Of a stretch of DNA of 64,000 nucleotides, positions 15,001 through 28,429 are shown piece by piece. The position numbers and the translations under genes were made by a program. The notes beneath the pieces were generated by a model. It was not told where the DNA came from and searched no databases. It worked only from the letters and a program-made list of their open reading frames with translations. How positions within the stretch are numbered: the stretch's first letter is position 1; each line of letters opens with the position of its first letter. The stretch is taken from assembly GCF_009914755.1 (NCBI RefSeq), contig NC_060931.1. One strand, 5' to 3'. The DNA is from the human T2T-CHM13v2.0 reference genome, Homo sapiens.

Positions 15001-18000
15001 AATCAAAAGAAAGTTTTTACTCTGTGAGATGAACACACACATCACAAAGAAGTTTCTCAGAGTGCTTCTGTCTAGTTATTATATAAAGATATTTCGTTAT
15101 CCACCATAGGCCTCAAAGTGCTCAAATGTCCACAGGCAGATTCTCCAAAAAGAGTGTTTCAAAACTGCTCAATCAAAAGAAAGGTTCATCTCTGTGAGAT
15201 GAACGGACACATAACAAAGCAGTTTCTCAGAATTCTTCTGTCTAGTTTTTATGTGAAGTTATTTCCTTTTCCACCATAGGCCTCAAATTGCTCCAAATGT
15301 CCACTTGCAGATTCTACAAAGGAATAGTTTCAAAACTGCTCAATCAAAAGAAAGGTTTAACTCTGTGAGATGAATTCAGACAACACAAAGAAGTTTCTGA
15401 GAATCCTTCTGTCTATTTTTTATTAGAAGAAATTTTGTTTTCAGCTGTAGGCCTCAAAGGGCTCCTAATATCCTTTTCCAGGTACTGCAAAAAGAGTGGT
15501 TCCAAACTGCTCAATAAAAAGAAAGGTTCAAATCTGTGACAGGAATGTACACATCACAAAGAAGTGTCTGAGAATGCTTCTGTCTAGTTTTTATGTGAAG
15601 ATATTTCCTTTTCCACCAGACGCCTCAAAGCACTCCAAATATCCGCTTGTAAATTTTACAAAAAGAGTGTTTCAAAACTGCTCAATCAAAAGAAAGGTTC
15701 AACTCTCTGAGATGAATGCACACATCACAAAGAAGTTTCTGAGAATACTTCTGTCTAGTTTTTATGTGAAGATATTTCCTTCTCTGCTATAGACCTCAAA
15801 GCGCTGCAAATATCCATTTGCAGATACTACAGAAAGAGTGTTTCCAAACTGCTCAAAAAAAGAAAGGTTCAAATCTGTGAGGTGAATGTACATATCAAAA
15901 GAAGTTTCTGAGGATGTTTCTGTCTAGTTTACATGTGAAGATATTTCCTTTCAGATGTAGGCCTCTAAGCGCTGCAAATATTCACTTGCGAATTCTACAA
16001 AAAGAGTGTTTCAAAACTGCTCAATCAAAAGAAAGGTTCAACTCTCTGAGATGAATGCAGATATCACAAATAAGTTTCTGAGAATACTTCTGTCTAGTTT
16101 CTATGTGAAGATATTTCCTTTTCAGCTACAGGCCTCAAAGCCCTGCAAATATCCATTTGCAGATACTACAAAAAGAGTGTTTCCAAACTGCTCAATCAAA
16201 AGGAAGGCTCAATTCTGAGTTGAATGCACACATCCCTAAGAAGTTTCTCAGAATGCTTCTGTGTAGTTTTCATCTGAAGTTATTTCCTTTTCTACCACAG
16301 GCCCCAAAGCTCTCCAAATAACCAATTGGAGATTCTCCAAAAAGTTTGTTTCAAAACTGCTTAATCAAAAGAAAATTTTAATTCTGTGAGATGATTGCAC
16401 ACATCACAAAGAAGTTTCTCAGAATGCTTCTGTCTACTTTTTATGTGAAGATATTTCCATTTTATCTATTGGCCTCAAAGTGCTCCAAATATCCAATTGC
16501 AGATACTACAAAGCGAGTATTTCCAAACTGCTCAATTAAAAGAAAATTTCAACTCTGTGAGTTGAATGCACACATCACAAAGAAGTTTCTGAGAATACTT
16601 CCGTCTAGTCTTTATGTGAAGATATTTCCTTTTAAGCTATAGACGTCAAAGGGCTCCAAATATCCATTTGCAGATACTAGAAAATGAGTCTTCCCAAACA
16701 GCTCAATCAAAAGAAAGGTTCAACTCCATGAGTTGAATGCACACATCACAAAGAAGTTTCCAGAATGCTTCTGCCTAATTTTTATGTGAAGAGGTTTCCT
16801 TTGTCACTATTGGCCTCAAAGCGCTCCAAATATCCACTTGCAGATTCTACAAAAAAAGATTTTCAAAACTGCTCAATCAAAAGAAAGTTTCAACTCTGGG
16901 AGATGAATGCACACATCACAAATAAGTTTCTCAGAATCCTTCTGTCTAATTTTTATGTGGAGATATTTCCATTTCAGCTATAGGCATCAAAGTGCTCCAA
17001 ATATCCATTTGTGGATACTGCAAGAAGAGTGTTTCCAAACTGCTCAATCTTAAGAAATCTTCAACTATGTGAGTTGAATGCACACATCACACAGAAGTTT
17101 CTGACAATGCTTCTGTCAAGTTTTTATGTGAAGATATTTCATTTTCTACCATTGGCCACAAAGTGCTCCAAATATCCTCTTGCAGATTCTTCAAAAAGAT
17201 TGTTTCAAAACTGCTCAATCAAAAGAAAGTTTCAACTCTCTGAGATGAATGCACACATCACAAAGAAGTTTTGGAGAATAATTCTGTCTAGTTTTTATTT
17301 GAAGATATTTCCTTTTCTGCTACAGGCCTCAAAGAGCTGCAAATATCCATTTGCAGATACTACAGAAAGAGTGTTTCCAAACTGCTCAATCAAAAGAAAG
17401 GTTCAACTCTATGAGCTGAATGCACACATCACAAAGAAGTTTCTGAGAATGCTTCTGTCTAGTTATGTGAATATATTTCCGTTTCCACCATAGGCCTCAC
17501 AGCGCTGCAAATGTCCACTTGCAGATTGTACAAAAAGAGAGTTTCAAAACTACCCAATCAAAATAAAGGTTTAACTCAGTGAGATGAATGCACGCATAAC
17601 AAAGCAGTTTCTCAGATTGCTTCTGTCTAGATTTCATGTGAAGATATTTCCTTTTCTACCATAGGCTGCAAAGCGCTCCAAATGTCCACTTGCAGATTCT
17701 ACAAAAAGTGTGTCTCCAAACTGCTCAATCAAAAGAGAGTTTCAACTCTGTGAGAAAAACTCACACATCACAAAGAAGTTTCTGAGAATGCTTCTGTCTA
17801 GTTTTTGTGTGAATATATTTCCGTTTCCACCGTAGGCCTCACAGCACTGCAAATGTCCACTTGCAGATTCTACAAAATCTATTTCAAAACTGGTCCATCA
17901 AAAGAAAGTTTCAAATCTGGGTGATGAATGCACACATCACAAAGAATTTTCTCAGAATGCTTCCATCTAATTTTTATGTGAAGATATTTCCTTTTCCACC

Positions 18001-19980
18001 ATAGGCCTCAAAACGCCCAAAATGTCCACTTGCAGATTCTACAAAAAGAGAGTTTCAAAACTCCTCAGTCAAAAGAAAGTTTTAATTCCGTGAGATGAAT
18101 GCACACATCACTAAGGAGTTTCTCGGATTGCTTCTGTCTAGATTTTATGTGAACATATTTCCAATTTAAACATAGACCAAGTAGAGCTCCAAATATCCAC
18201 TTTCATATTATACAAAAAGAGTGTTTCCAAACTGCTAAATCAAAAGACATTTTCAACTCTATGGGATGAACACACACATCAAAAAGAAGGTTCTCAGCAT
18301 GCTTCTACCTAGTTTTTATGTGAAGATATTTCCCTTTGTACAATCTTCCACAAAGCGCTCCAAATGTCCACATGTAGATTCTACAAGAAGAGTGTTTCCA
18401 AACTGCACAATCCAAGGAAATATTCACCTCTGTGAGATGAACGCACACATCAAGAAGTAGTTTCTCAGAATTCTTCTGTCTAGTTTTTGTGTGAAGTTAT
18501 TCCTTATCCACCATACTCCTCAAAGCACTCCAAATGTCCAATTGCAGATTCTACAAAATGTGAGCTTCAATATTGCTCAATCAAAAGAAAGGTTTAACTC
18601 AATGAGAGGAATGCACACACCACAAAGAAATTTCTCAGATTGCTTCTGTCTAGATTTTATGTGAAGATAGTTCCTTTTCTACCACAGGCCGCGAAGCTCT
18701 CCAAATGTCAACTTGCTGATTCTACAAAAAGAGTGTTTCCAAACTTCTCAATCAAAAGGAATGTTGAACTCTGTGAGAGGAAAGCACACATCACAAAGAA
18801 ATTTCTCAGAATTCTTCTGTCTAGTTTTTATGAGAAGATATTTCCTTTTCCACCACAGGCCTCAAAGCCCTCCAAATATCCACTTGCAGATTCTACAAAA
18901 AGAGAGTTTCAAAACTGCTCAATTAATAGAAAGGTTTAACTCTGTGAGATGATTGCACACATCACAAAGAAGTTTCTCAGATTGCTTCTGTCTAGATTTT
19001 ATGTGAAGGTATTTCGTTTTCTACCATAAGCCACAAAGCACTCCAAATGTCTACTTGCATTTTCTTCAAAAAGAGTGTTTCCAAACAAAAGTTCAACTCG
19101 ATGAGATGAACGTACACCTCACAAAGAAGTTTCTCAGAATTCTTCTGTCTAATGTTTATGTGAAGATATTTCCTTTTCCACCATAGGCCTCAAATCAGTC
19201 AAAATGTCCACTTGCAGATTATACAAAAAGAGAATTTCAAAACTGCTCAATCTAAAGAAAGGTTTATCTCTGTGAGATGAATGCACACATCACAAAGAAG
19301 TTTCTCAGATTGCTTCTGTCTAGATTTTATGTGAAGATATTTCCTTTGCCGCCATAGGCCACAAAGAGCTCCAAATGTCCACTTGCAGATTCTACAAAAA
19401 CAGTGCTTCCAAACTGTTCAATCAAAAGAAAGTTTCAACTCTGTGAGATGAATGCACACATAACAAAGTAGTTTCTCGAATTATTCTGTCTAGTTTTTAT
19501 GCGAAGACGTTTCCTTTTCCACCTTAGGCCTTAAAGCACTCCAAATGTCCACTTGCATATTCTACAAAAAGAGAGTTCAAAACTGCTCAATCAAGAGAAA
19601 GGTTTAACTCTGTGAGATGAATGTACCCAGCACAAAGAAGTTTCTCAGATTCCTTCTTACTAGATTTTAGTTGAAGATTTTGCCTTTTCTACCATAGACT
19701 CCAGAGCGCTCCAAATGTCCACTAGCAGATTCTACAAAAAGAGTGTTTCCAAACTGCTCAATCAAAAGAGAGGTTCAACTCGGTGAGATGAACGCACACA
19801 TCACAAAGAAGTTTCTCAGAATGCTTCCGTCTAGTATGTATGTGAAGATATTACCTTTTCTACCATTGGCAGCAAAGTGTGCCAAATGTCCCCTTGCAGA
19901 TACTGCAAAAAGAGTGTTTCCAAACTATTCAAATAAAAGAGAGTTTCAACTATGTGAGATGAATGCACACATCAAAAAGA
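1..19980 (-). repeat. Monomeric alpha-satellite, layer I (A-type monomers, no CENP-B boxes seen; SF4-like)
   Basis: ~171-bp tandem monomers with alphoid motifs (ctccaaatatccacttgcagattctacaaaaagagtgtttc; cacatcacaaagaagtttctcagaatgcttctgtctag). The box position reads ttccttttccaccatagg (A/pJ-alpha type). Neighbouring monomers are divergent. The SF assignment is inference. Confidence 0.95.
4984..11426. repeat. Tandem duplication, unit 3,206 bp (19 monomers), two copies: 4984-8189 and 8190-11395
   Basis: All ORF-track entries repeat at exactly +3206 with identical peptides (5660/8866, 5984/9190, 6674/9880, 7607/10813). The 31-mer ctataaaaagagtgtttccaaactgctcaat occurs at 4984, 8190 and 11396. 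Confidence 0.97.
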
Positions 19981-22900
19981 AGTTTCTCCGAATGCTTCTG
20001 TGTAGTTTTTATGTGAAGATATTTGCTTTTCCACAGTAGGCCTCAAAGCTCTCCAAATTTCCACTTGCAGATTCTCCAAAAAGAGAGATTAAAAACTGCT
20101 CATTCAAAGCATGGGTTCAACACTGTGAGTTGAATGCACACATAACAAAGAAGTTTCTCAGAATCCTTCTGTGTAGTTTTTATGTGAAGATATTTCCTTT
20201 TCCAAAAGAGGACTCAAAGCCCTCCAAACATCCACTTCCAGATTCTTCAAAAAGTGTTTCAAAACTGCTCAATCAAAAGAAAGGATCAACTCTGTGAGAT
20301 GAGTGCCCATATCACAAACAACTTTCTCAGAATGCTTCTGTGTAGTTTTATGTGAAGATATTTCCTTTTCCACAAACGGCTTCAAAGCCCTCCAAATATA
20401 CACTTGCAGATTCTATAAAAAGAGTGTTTCCAAACTGCTCAATCATAAGAGGTTCTATCCAGTGTGATGAATGCACACATCACAAAGAAGTTTCTCAGAA
20501 TGCTTTTCTGTAGTTTTTATTTGAAGATATTTCCTTTTCCTCCATAGGCCACAAAGGGCTCCAAATATCCACTTGCAGATACTACAAAAAGAGAGATTCA
20601 AAACAGCCCAATCAAAAGATAGGTTCCACTATCTGAGTTGAATGCACACATCACAAAGAAGCTTCTCAGAATTCTTCTGTGTGGTTTTTGTGTGAAGATA
20701 TTTCATTTTCCACAGTAGGCCTCAAAGCTCTACTAATACCCACTTGCAGATTCTGCCAAAAGGGAGATTCAAAACTGCTCAATCAAAAGATAGGTTCGAC
20801 TCTGTGAGTTGAATGCACCTCTCACATCGAAGTTTCTCAGAATGCTTCTGTGTAGTTTTCATGTGAATATATTTGCTTTTCCACAGTAGGCCTCAAAGCG
20901 CTCCAAATATCCACTTGCAGATTTTACAGAAACAGTGTTTCAAAACTGTTCAATCAAAAGAAAAGATCAACTCTGTGAGATGATTGCACACATCACAAAG
21001 AAGTTTCTCAGAATGCTTCCATGTAGTTTTTATGTGAAGATATTTCCTTTTCCACAATAGGCCTCAAGGCACTCCAAACATCCACTTGCAGATTCTACAA
21101 AAAGAGTGTTACAAAACTGCTCAATCATAAGATACGTTCAACGCTGTGAGATGAATGCAAATATCACAAAGAAGTTTCTCAGAATGCTTCTGTTTAGTTT
21201 TTATTTGAAGATATTTCTTTTTCCACCATAGGCCGCATAGGGCTCAAAATATCCACTTGCAGATTCTTCAAAAAGAGAGATTCAAAACTGCTCAATCAAA
21301 AGATAGGTTAGACTCTGTGAGTTGAATGCACACATCACAGAGAAGTTCCTCAGAATGCTTCTGTGTAGTTTTTATGTGAAGATATTTGCTTTTCCACAGT
21401 AGGCCTCAAAGCGCTCCAAATGTCCACTTTCAGATTGTCCAAAAAGAGAGACTCCAAACTGCTCAACCAAAACATACCTTCAGTTCTGTGAGTTTAATGC
21501 ACACATAACAAAGAAGTATCTCAGAATATTTCTGTGTAGTTTTTAGGTGATGATATTTCTTTTCCAAAATAGGCCTCAAAGTCCTCCAAATATCCACTTC
21601 TGGGTTCTATCAATAGAGTGCTACATATGTAACTAACATGCACATTGTGCACATGTACCCTAAAACTTAAAGTATAATAATAAAAAAATAAAAAAAAATA
21701 AAAAAATAATAAAAAATGAAATAAAAAAGGAAAAAGAGTGCTTCAAGCCTGCTCAATCAAAAGAAAGGATCAACTATGTGAGGTGAATGCACACATCAAA
21801 AAGAAGTTTCTCTGAATTCTTCTGAGTAGTTTTTATGTGAAGATATTTCCTTTTCCACATTAGGACTCAAAGCACTCCAAATAACCACTTGCAGATTCTA
21901 CAAAAAGAATGTTTCCAGTCTGCTCAATCATAAGAAATGTTCAACTCTGTGAGATGAATGTGCACATCATGAAGTAGTTTCTCAAAATGCTTCTGTGTAT
22001 TATTTATGTGAAGATATTTTCTTTTCCACAGTAGGCCTCAAAGTGCTCCAAATATCCACCTGTAGATTCTTCAAAAACAGTGTTTCAAAAGTGCTCAATA
22101 AAAAAAAGGTTCAACTCTGTGAGATGAATGCACACATCACAAAGTAGTTTCTCAGCATGTTTCTGTATAGTTTTTATGTGAAGATATTACCTTTTCCACA
22201 ATAGACCTCAAGGCACTCCAAATATCCACCTGCAGATTCTACAAAAAAAGTGTTTCAAAACTACTCAATCATAAGATAGGTTCAACGCTGTGAGTTGAGT
22301 GCACATATCCCAAAGAAGTTTCTCAGAATGCTTCTGTCTAGTTTTTATGTGAAGACATTTCCTTTTCAGCTATAGGCCTCAAAGTGCTCCAAATGTCCAC
22401 TTGCAGAATCTACAGCAAGAGAGATTCAAACTGCTCAATCAAAGCATAGGTTCAATTCTGTGAGTTGAATGCACACATCATGAAGAAATTTCTGAGAATG
22501 CTTCTGTGTAGGTTTTATTTGAAGATATTCCCTTTTCCACCACAGGGAGCAAAGAGCTCCAAATATCCACTTGCAGATTCTACAAAAAGAGAGATACTAA
22601 ACTGCTCAATCAAAAGATAGGTTCAACCCTGAAAGTTGAATATACAAATCATAAAGAAGTTTCTCAGAATGCTTCTGTGTAGTTTTTATGTAAAGATAAT
22701 TCCTTCTCCACAATAGGCCTCAAAGGACTCCAAATATCCACTTGAAGATTCAACAAAAAGTATTTCAAAACTGTTCAATCAAAAGAAATGTTCAATTCCG
22801 TGAGTTGAATACACACCACACAAAATTTTTTCAGAATTCTTCTGTGTAGTTTTTATGTGAAGATATTTCCTTTTCCACAATAGGTGTAAAAGCTCTCCTA

Positions 22901-25900
22901 ACATCCACTTGCAGATTCTGCAAAAAGAGAGATTCCAAACTGCTCAATCAGAAGATAGGTTCAACTCTGTGAGTTGAATGCACACATCAAAAAGAAGTTT
23001 CTCAGAATGCTTCTGTGTAGTTTTTATGTGAACATATTTTGCACAGTAGGCCTCACAGCACTTTAAATATCCACTTGCAGATTCTACAAAAAGAGAGATT
23101 CAAAACTGTACAATAAAAAGATAGGTTCAACTCTGTGAGTTGACTGCACACATAACAAAGAAGTTTCTCAGAATGCTTCTGAGTAGTTTTTAATTGAAGG
23201 TATTTTCTTTTCCACAATAGACCTCAAATGGCTCCAATTATCCACTTGCAGATTGTACAAAAAAAGTGTTTCAAAACTGTTCAATCAAAAGAAAGATTCA
23301 ACTCTGTGAATTGAATGCACACATGACAAAGAAGTTTCTCAGAATGTTTCTGTGTAGTTTTTATGTGAAGATATTTCCTTTTCCACAAAAGGCCTCAAAA
23401 GGCTCCAAATATCCACTTGCAGATTGTACGAAAAGTGTTTCAAAACTGCTCATCAAAAGAAAGGTTCAACTCTGTGAGATGAATGCACACATCACAACGA
23501 AGTTTCTCAGAATGCTTCTGTGTAGTATTTATCTGAAGTTATTGGCTTTTCCACGGTAGGCCTCAAAGTGCTCCAAATATCCACATGTAGATTCTAGAAA
23601 AAGAGTGTTTCGAAACTGCTCAACCATAAGATAGGTTCAACCCTGTGAGATGAATGCATACATCACAAAGAAGTTTCTCAGAATGTTTCTGTGTAGTTTT
23701 TATTTGAAAATATTTCCTTTTCGACCACAAGCCACAAAGGGCTCCAAATATCCACTTGCACATTCTGCAAAAAGAGAGATTGAAAACTGCTCAACCAAAA
23801 GATAGGTTCACCTCTGTGAGTTGAATGCACATATCTCAAAGAAGTTTCTCAGAATGCTTCCGTGTAGTTTTTATTTGAAGATATTTCCATTTCCACCATA
23901 GGGTGCAATGAGCTCCAAATAACCACTAGCAGATTCTACAAAAAGAGAGATTCAAAACTGCTCAATCAAAAGATAGGTTCAACTCTGTGAGGTGAATGCA
24001 CACATCATGAAGAAGTTTCTGAGAATGCTTCTGTGTAGTTTTTATTTGAAGATATTTCCTTTTCCACTACAGGGCACAAACGGCTCCAAATACCTACTTG
24101 CAGATTCTACAAACAGAGAGATTCTAAACTGCTCAATCAAAAGATAGGTTCAACTCTGTGAGTTGAATGCACACATCACAAAGAAGTTTCTCAGCATGCT
24201 TCTGAGTAGTTTTTATGTGAAGATATTTCCTTTTCCACAATAGGCCTCAAAGGGCTCCAATTATCCACTTGCAGATTGTACAAAAAGAGTGTTTCAAAAC
24301 TGTTCAATCAAAAGAAAGATTCAACTCTGTGAATTGAATGCACACATCAAAAAGAAGTTTCTCAGAATGCTTCTGTGTAGTTTTTATATGAAGATATTTC
24401 CTTTTCCACAATAGGCCTCAAGGCACGCCAAATATCCACCTGCAGATTCTACAAAAAGAGTGTCAAAACTGCTCAATCGTAAGATAGGTTTGACGCTGTG
24501 AGTTCAATGCACTTTTTATGTGAAGATATTTCCTTTTCCACAATAGGCATCAAAGTGCTCCAAATGTCCACTTGGAGATTCTCTAAAAAGAGAGATTCTA
24601 AACTGCTCAAAGTATAGATTCAACTCTGTGAGTTGAATGCACACATCAAAAAGAAGTTCCTCAGAATGCTTCTTTGTAGTTTTTATGTGAAAATATTTGC
24701 TTTTCCACAGTAGGCCTCAAAGAGCTCTAAATGCCCACTTGCAGATTCTCCAAAAAGAGAGATTCAAAACTGCTGAATCAAAGCATAGGTTCAACTCTGT
24801 GAGTTGAATGCACACATCATGAAGAAGTTTCTGATAATTCTTCTGTGTAGTTTTTATTTGAAGATATTTCCTTTTCCACCATAGACCGCAAAGGGCTCCT
24901 AATATGCACTTGCAGATTCTGCAAAGAGACAGATTCAAAACTGTCTAATCAAATTATAGTTTCAACTCTGTGAGATGAACGCACACATCCCCAAGAAGTT
25001 TCACACAATGCTACTGTGTAGTTTTTATTTGAAGATATTTGCTTTTCCACAGTAGCCATCAAAGAGCTCCAAATATCCACCTGCAGATTCTGCAAAAAGA
25101 GAGATTCAAAACTGCTCAATCAAAAGATAGGTTCAACTCTGTAAGTTCTATGCATACATCACAAAGAAGTTTCTCTGAATGCTTCTGTGTAGTTTTTATT
25201 TGAAAATATTTGCTTTTCCACAGTAGGCCTCAAAGGGCTCCAAATAACCAGATGCAGATTCTACAAAAAGAGAGATTCAAAACTGCTCATTGAAAATATA
25301 TGTTCAACTCTGTGAGTTGAATGCATACATCACAAAGGAGTTTCTCTCAATGCTTCTGTGTAGTTTTTATTTGAAGATAATTTCTTTTCCACCACAGGGT
25401 GCAAAGGGCTCCAAATATCCACTTACAGAATCTACACAAAGAGAGATGGAATACTGCTAACTGACAAGATAAGTTCAACTCTATGAATTGAATGCACACC
25501 TCTCAAAGAAGTTTCTCAAAGTGCTTCTGTGTAGTTTTTATGTGAAGATATTTCCTTTTCCACAAGAGGCATAAAAGCTCTCCAAACATCCAATTGCAGA
25601 TTCTGCAAAAAGAGAGATTCAAATCTGCTCTATCAAAAGATAGGTTCAACTCTGTGAGTTGAATCCACACATCACAAAGACGTTTCTGAGAACGCTGTGT
25701 AGTTTTTCTGTGAACACATTTGATTTTACCCAGTAGGCCTCACAGCGCTACAAATATCCACTTGCAGATTCTAGAAAAAGAGATTCTAAACTGCTCAATC
25801 AAAAGATAGGTTCAACTCTGTGAGGTGAATGCACACATCACAAAGAAGTTTCTCAGAATGCTTCTCAGTAGTTTTTATTTGAAGATATTTCCTTTTACAC

Positions 25901-28429
25901 CAAAGGCGGCAAAGGGCTCCAAATATCCACTTGCAGATTCTGCAAAAAGAGTGTTTCAAAACTGCTCAATCATAAGATAGGTTCAACCCTGTGAGATGAA
26001 GGCACACATCACCAAGAAGCTTCTCAGAATGTTTCTATGTAGTTTTTATTTGAAGATATTTCCTTTTCCACCAATGGGCGCAAAGGGCTCCAAATATCAA
26101 CTTGCAGATTCTAAAAATGATGAGTTTCAAAACTGCTCAATGAGAAGATAACTTCAGATCTGTGAGTTGAATGCACACCTCATGAAGACGTTTCTCAGAA
26201 TGCTTCTCTGTAGTTTTCATGTGAAGATATTTACTTTTCCACTCTAGGCCTCAAAGCTCTCCCAACATCCATTTGCAGATTCTGCAAAAAGAGAGATTCC
26301 AAACTGCTTAAACGAAACATAGGTTCAACTCTATGAGTTAAATGCACACATCACAACGAAGTTTCACAGAATGATTCTTTGTAGGTTTTATGTGAACGTA
26401 TTTGGTTTTCCACAGTAGGCCTCACATCACTCCAAATATCCACTTGCAGTTTCCACAAGAGAGATTCAAAACTGCTCAATCAAAAGATAGGTTCAACAGT
26501 GTGTGTTGAATGCAGACATCACGAAGAAGTTTCTGAGAATGCTTCTGTGTAGTTTTTATTTGAAGATATTTCCTTTTCCACTACAGGGCGCAAAGGGTTC
26601 CAAATAGCCAATTGCAGATACTACAAAAACAGAGATTCAAAAGTGCTCTTTTAGAAGCTAAATTCAACTCAGTGAGTTGAATGCACAGCTCACAAAGAAG
26701 CTTCTCAGAATGCTTCTCTGTGGTTTTCATGTAGAGATATTTCCATTTCCACAATAGGCCTCATAGCTCTCCAAACATCCACTTGCAGATTCTGCAAAAA
26801 GAGAGATTAAAAACTGATCTCTCAAAAGACAGTTTCAACTCTGTGAGTTGAAAGCACACACAACCAAGAAGTTTCTGAGAATGCTTCTGGGTAGTTTTTA
26901 TTTGAAGATATTTCTTTTTTCACCAGAGGGTGCAAAGGGGTAAAAATACCAAATGCAGATTCTACACAAAAAGAGATTCTAAACTGCTTAATCAAAAGAT
27001 AGGTTCAAATCAGTGAGTTGAATGCACACATCACAAAGAAGTTTCTCAGAATGTTTCTGAGTAGTTTTTATGTGAAGATATTTCCCTTCCACAATAGGAC
27101 TCAAAGGGCTCCAAATATACACTTGCACAATCTACAAAAAAAGAATTTTTCACTGCTCAATCAAAAGATAGGTTTAACTCTGTGAGTTGAATGCACACAT
27201 CACAAGAAGTTTCTCAGAATGCCTCTGTGTAGCTTTTATGTGAAGATATTTCCTTTTCCACAACAGGCCTCAAAAGGCTCCAAATATCCACTTGCAGATT
27301 CTTCAAAAAGAGTGTTTCAAAACTGCTCAATCAAAAGAAAGGTTCAACTCTGTGAGACGAATACGCGCATCACAAAGAAGTTTCCAAGAATGCTTCTGTG
27401 TAGTTTTTACCTGAATATATTTGCTTTTCCACGGTTGGCCTCAAAGCGCTCCAAATACCTTCTTGCAGATTCTACAGGAAGTAAGATTCAAAACTGCTCA
27501 ATGAGAAGATAAGTTCATCTCTGTGAGTTGAACGCACACCTCCCAAAGAAGTTTCTCAGAATGCTTCTCTGTAGTTTTTCTGTGAAGATATTCCCTTTTC
27601 CACAATAGACCTCAAAGCTCTCCGAACATCCACTTGCAGAATCTGTAAAAGGAGAGATTCAAAACTGCTCATTCAAAAGATAGGTTCCACTCTGTGAGTT
27701 GATTGGACATATCACAATGAAGTTTCTCAGAATGCTTCTGTGTAGTTTTTATGTGAAGATATTTGCTGTCCCACAGCTGGCCACAAAAGGCACCAAATAG
27801 CCACCTGCAGATTCTGCAAAAAAAGACATTCAAGACTGCTCAATCAAGAGTTAGGTTCAACTCCGTGAGGTGAATGCATACATCATAAAGGAGTTTCTCT
27901 GAATGCTTCTGTGTAGTTTTTATTTGAAGATGTTTCCTTTTCCACCATAGGGGGTAAAGGGCAACAAATATACACCTGCAGATACTACAAAAAGTGTATT
28001 TCAAATGGGCTCAATCAAAAGAAAGGTTCACGTCTGTGATATGAATGCACACATCAAAAAGAAGATTCTCAGAATGCTTCTGTGTAGTTTTCGTATGAAG
28101 CTATTTGATTATACACAGTAGGCGTCATAGCTCTCCACATATCCACTGTCAGATTGTACAAAAAGAGAGATTCAAAACTGCTCCATCAAAATATATGTTC
28201 AACTCTGTGAGTTGAATGCACATATCATGAAGAAATTTCTGAGAATGATTATGTGTACTTTTTACGTGAAGATATTTCCTTTTCAACCCTAGGATGCAAA
28301 GAGCTCCAAATATCCACTTGCAGATTCTACAAAAAGAGAGATTCTGAACTGCTCCATCAAAAGATATGTTTAACTCTGTGAGTTGAATACACACATCACA
28401 GAGAAGCTTCTCAGAATGATTCTGACTAG
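19981..28429 (-). repeat. Monomeric alpha-satellite, layer II (A-type, distinct diagnostic variants)
   Basis: From ~19,990 monomers switch to ctgtGtagt, aaaagATAGgttc, gagagATtc, ccacAgtagg/ccacAatagg and ttttatTtgaag. These variants are rare in 1-19,980 and after 30,916. No CENP-B box seen. Confidence 0.88.
21623..21731 (+). mobile_element. Extremely 5'-truncated L1PA (PA2/PA3-like) insertion: ~58 nt of 3' UTR end plus A-rich tail
   Basis: acatatgtaactaacatgcacattgtgcacatgtaccctaaaacttaaagtataataata is the L1PA 3' terminus, followed by ~50 nt of degraded poly(A). Target-site duplication (TSD) agagtgct at 21615-21622 and 21735-21742. Confidence 0.93.

Noticed and set aside
24505-24520. Short monomer deletions (~24512, also ~6493, ~19086, ~33678)
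   Set aside because: These are ordinary decay of non-homogenised satellite with no pattern.
257-28394. Many 64-160 aa ORFs with repeated MNAHITKKFLRMLLSSFYVKIFPF-like peptides
   Set aside because: They are translations of the 171-bp monomer (57 codons, so the frame is preserved between monomers). They start and stop at random mutations and show no gene structure.
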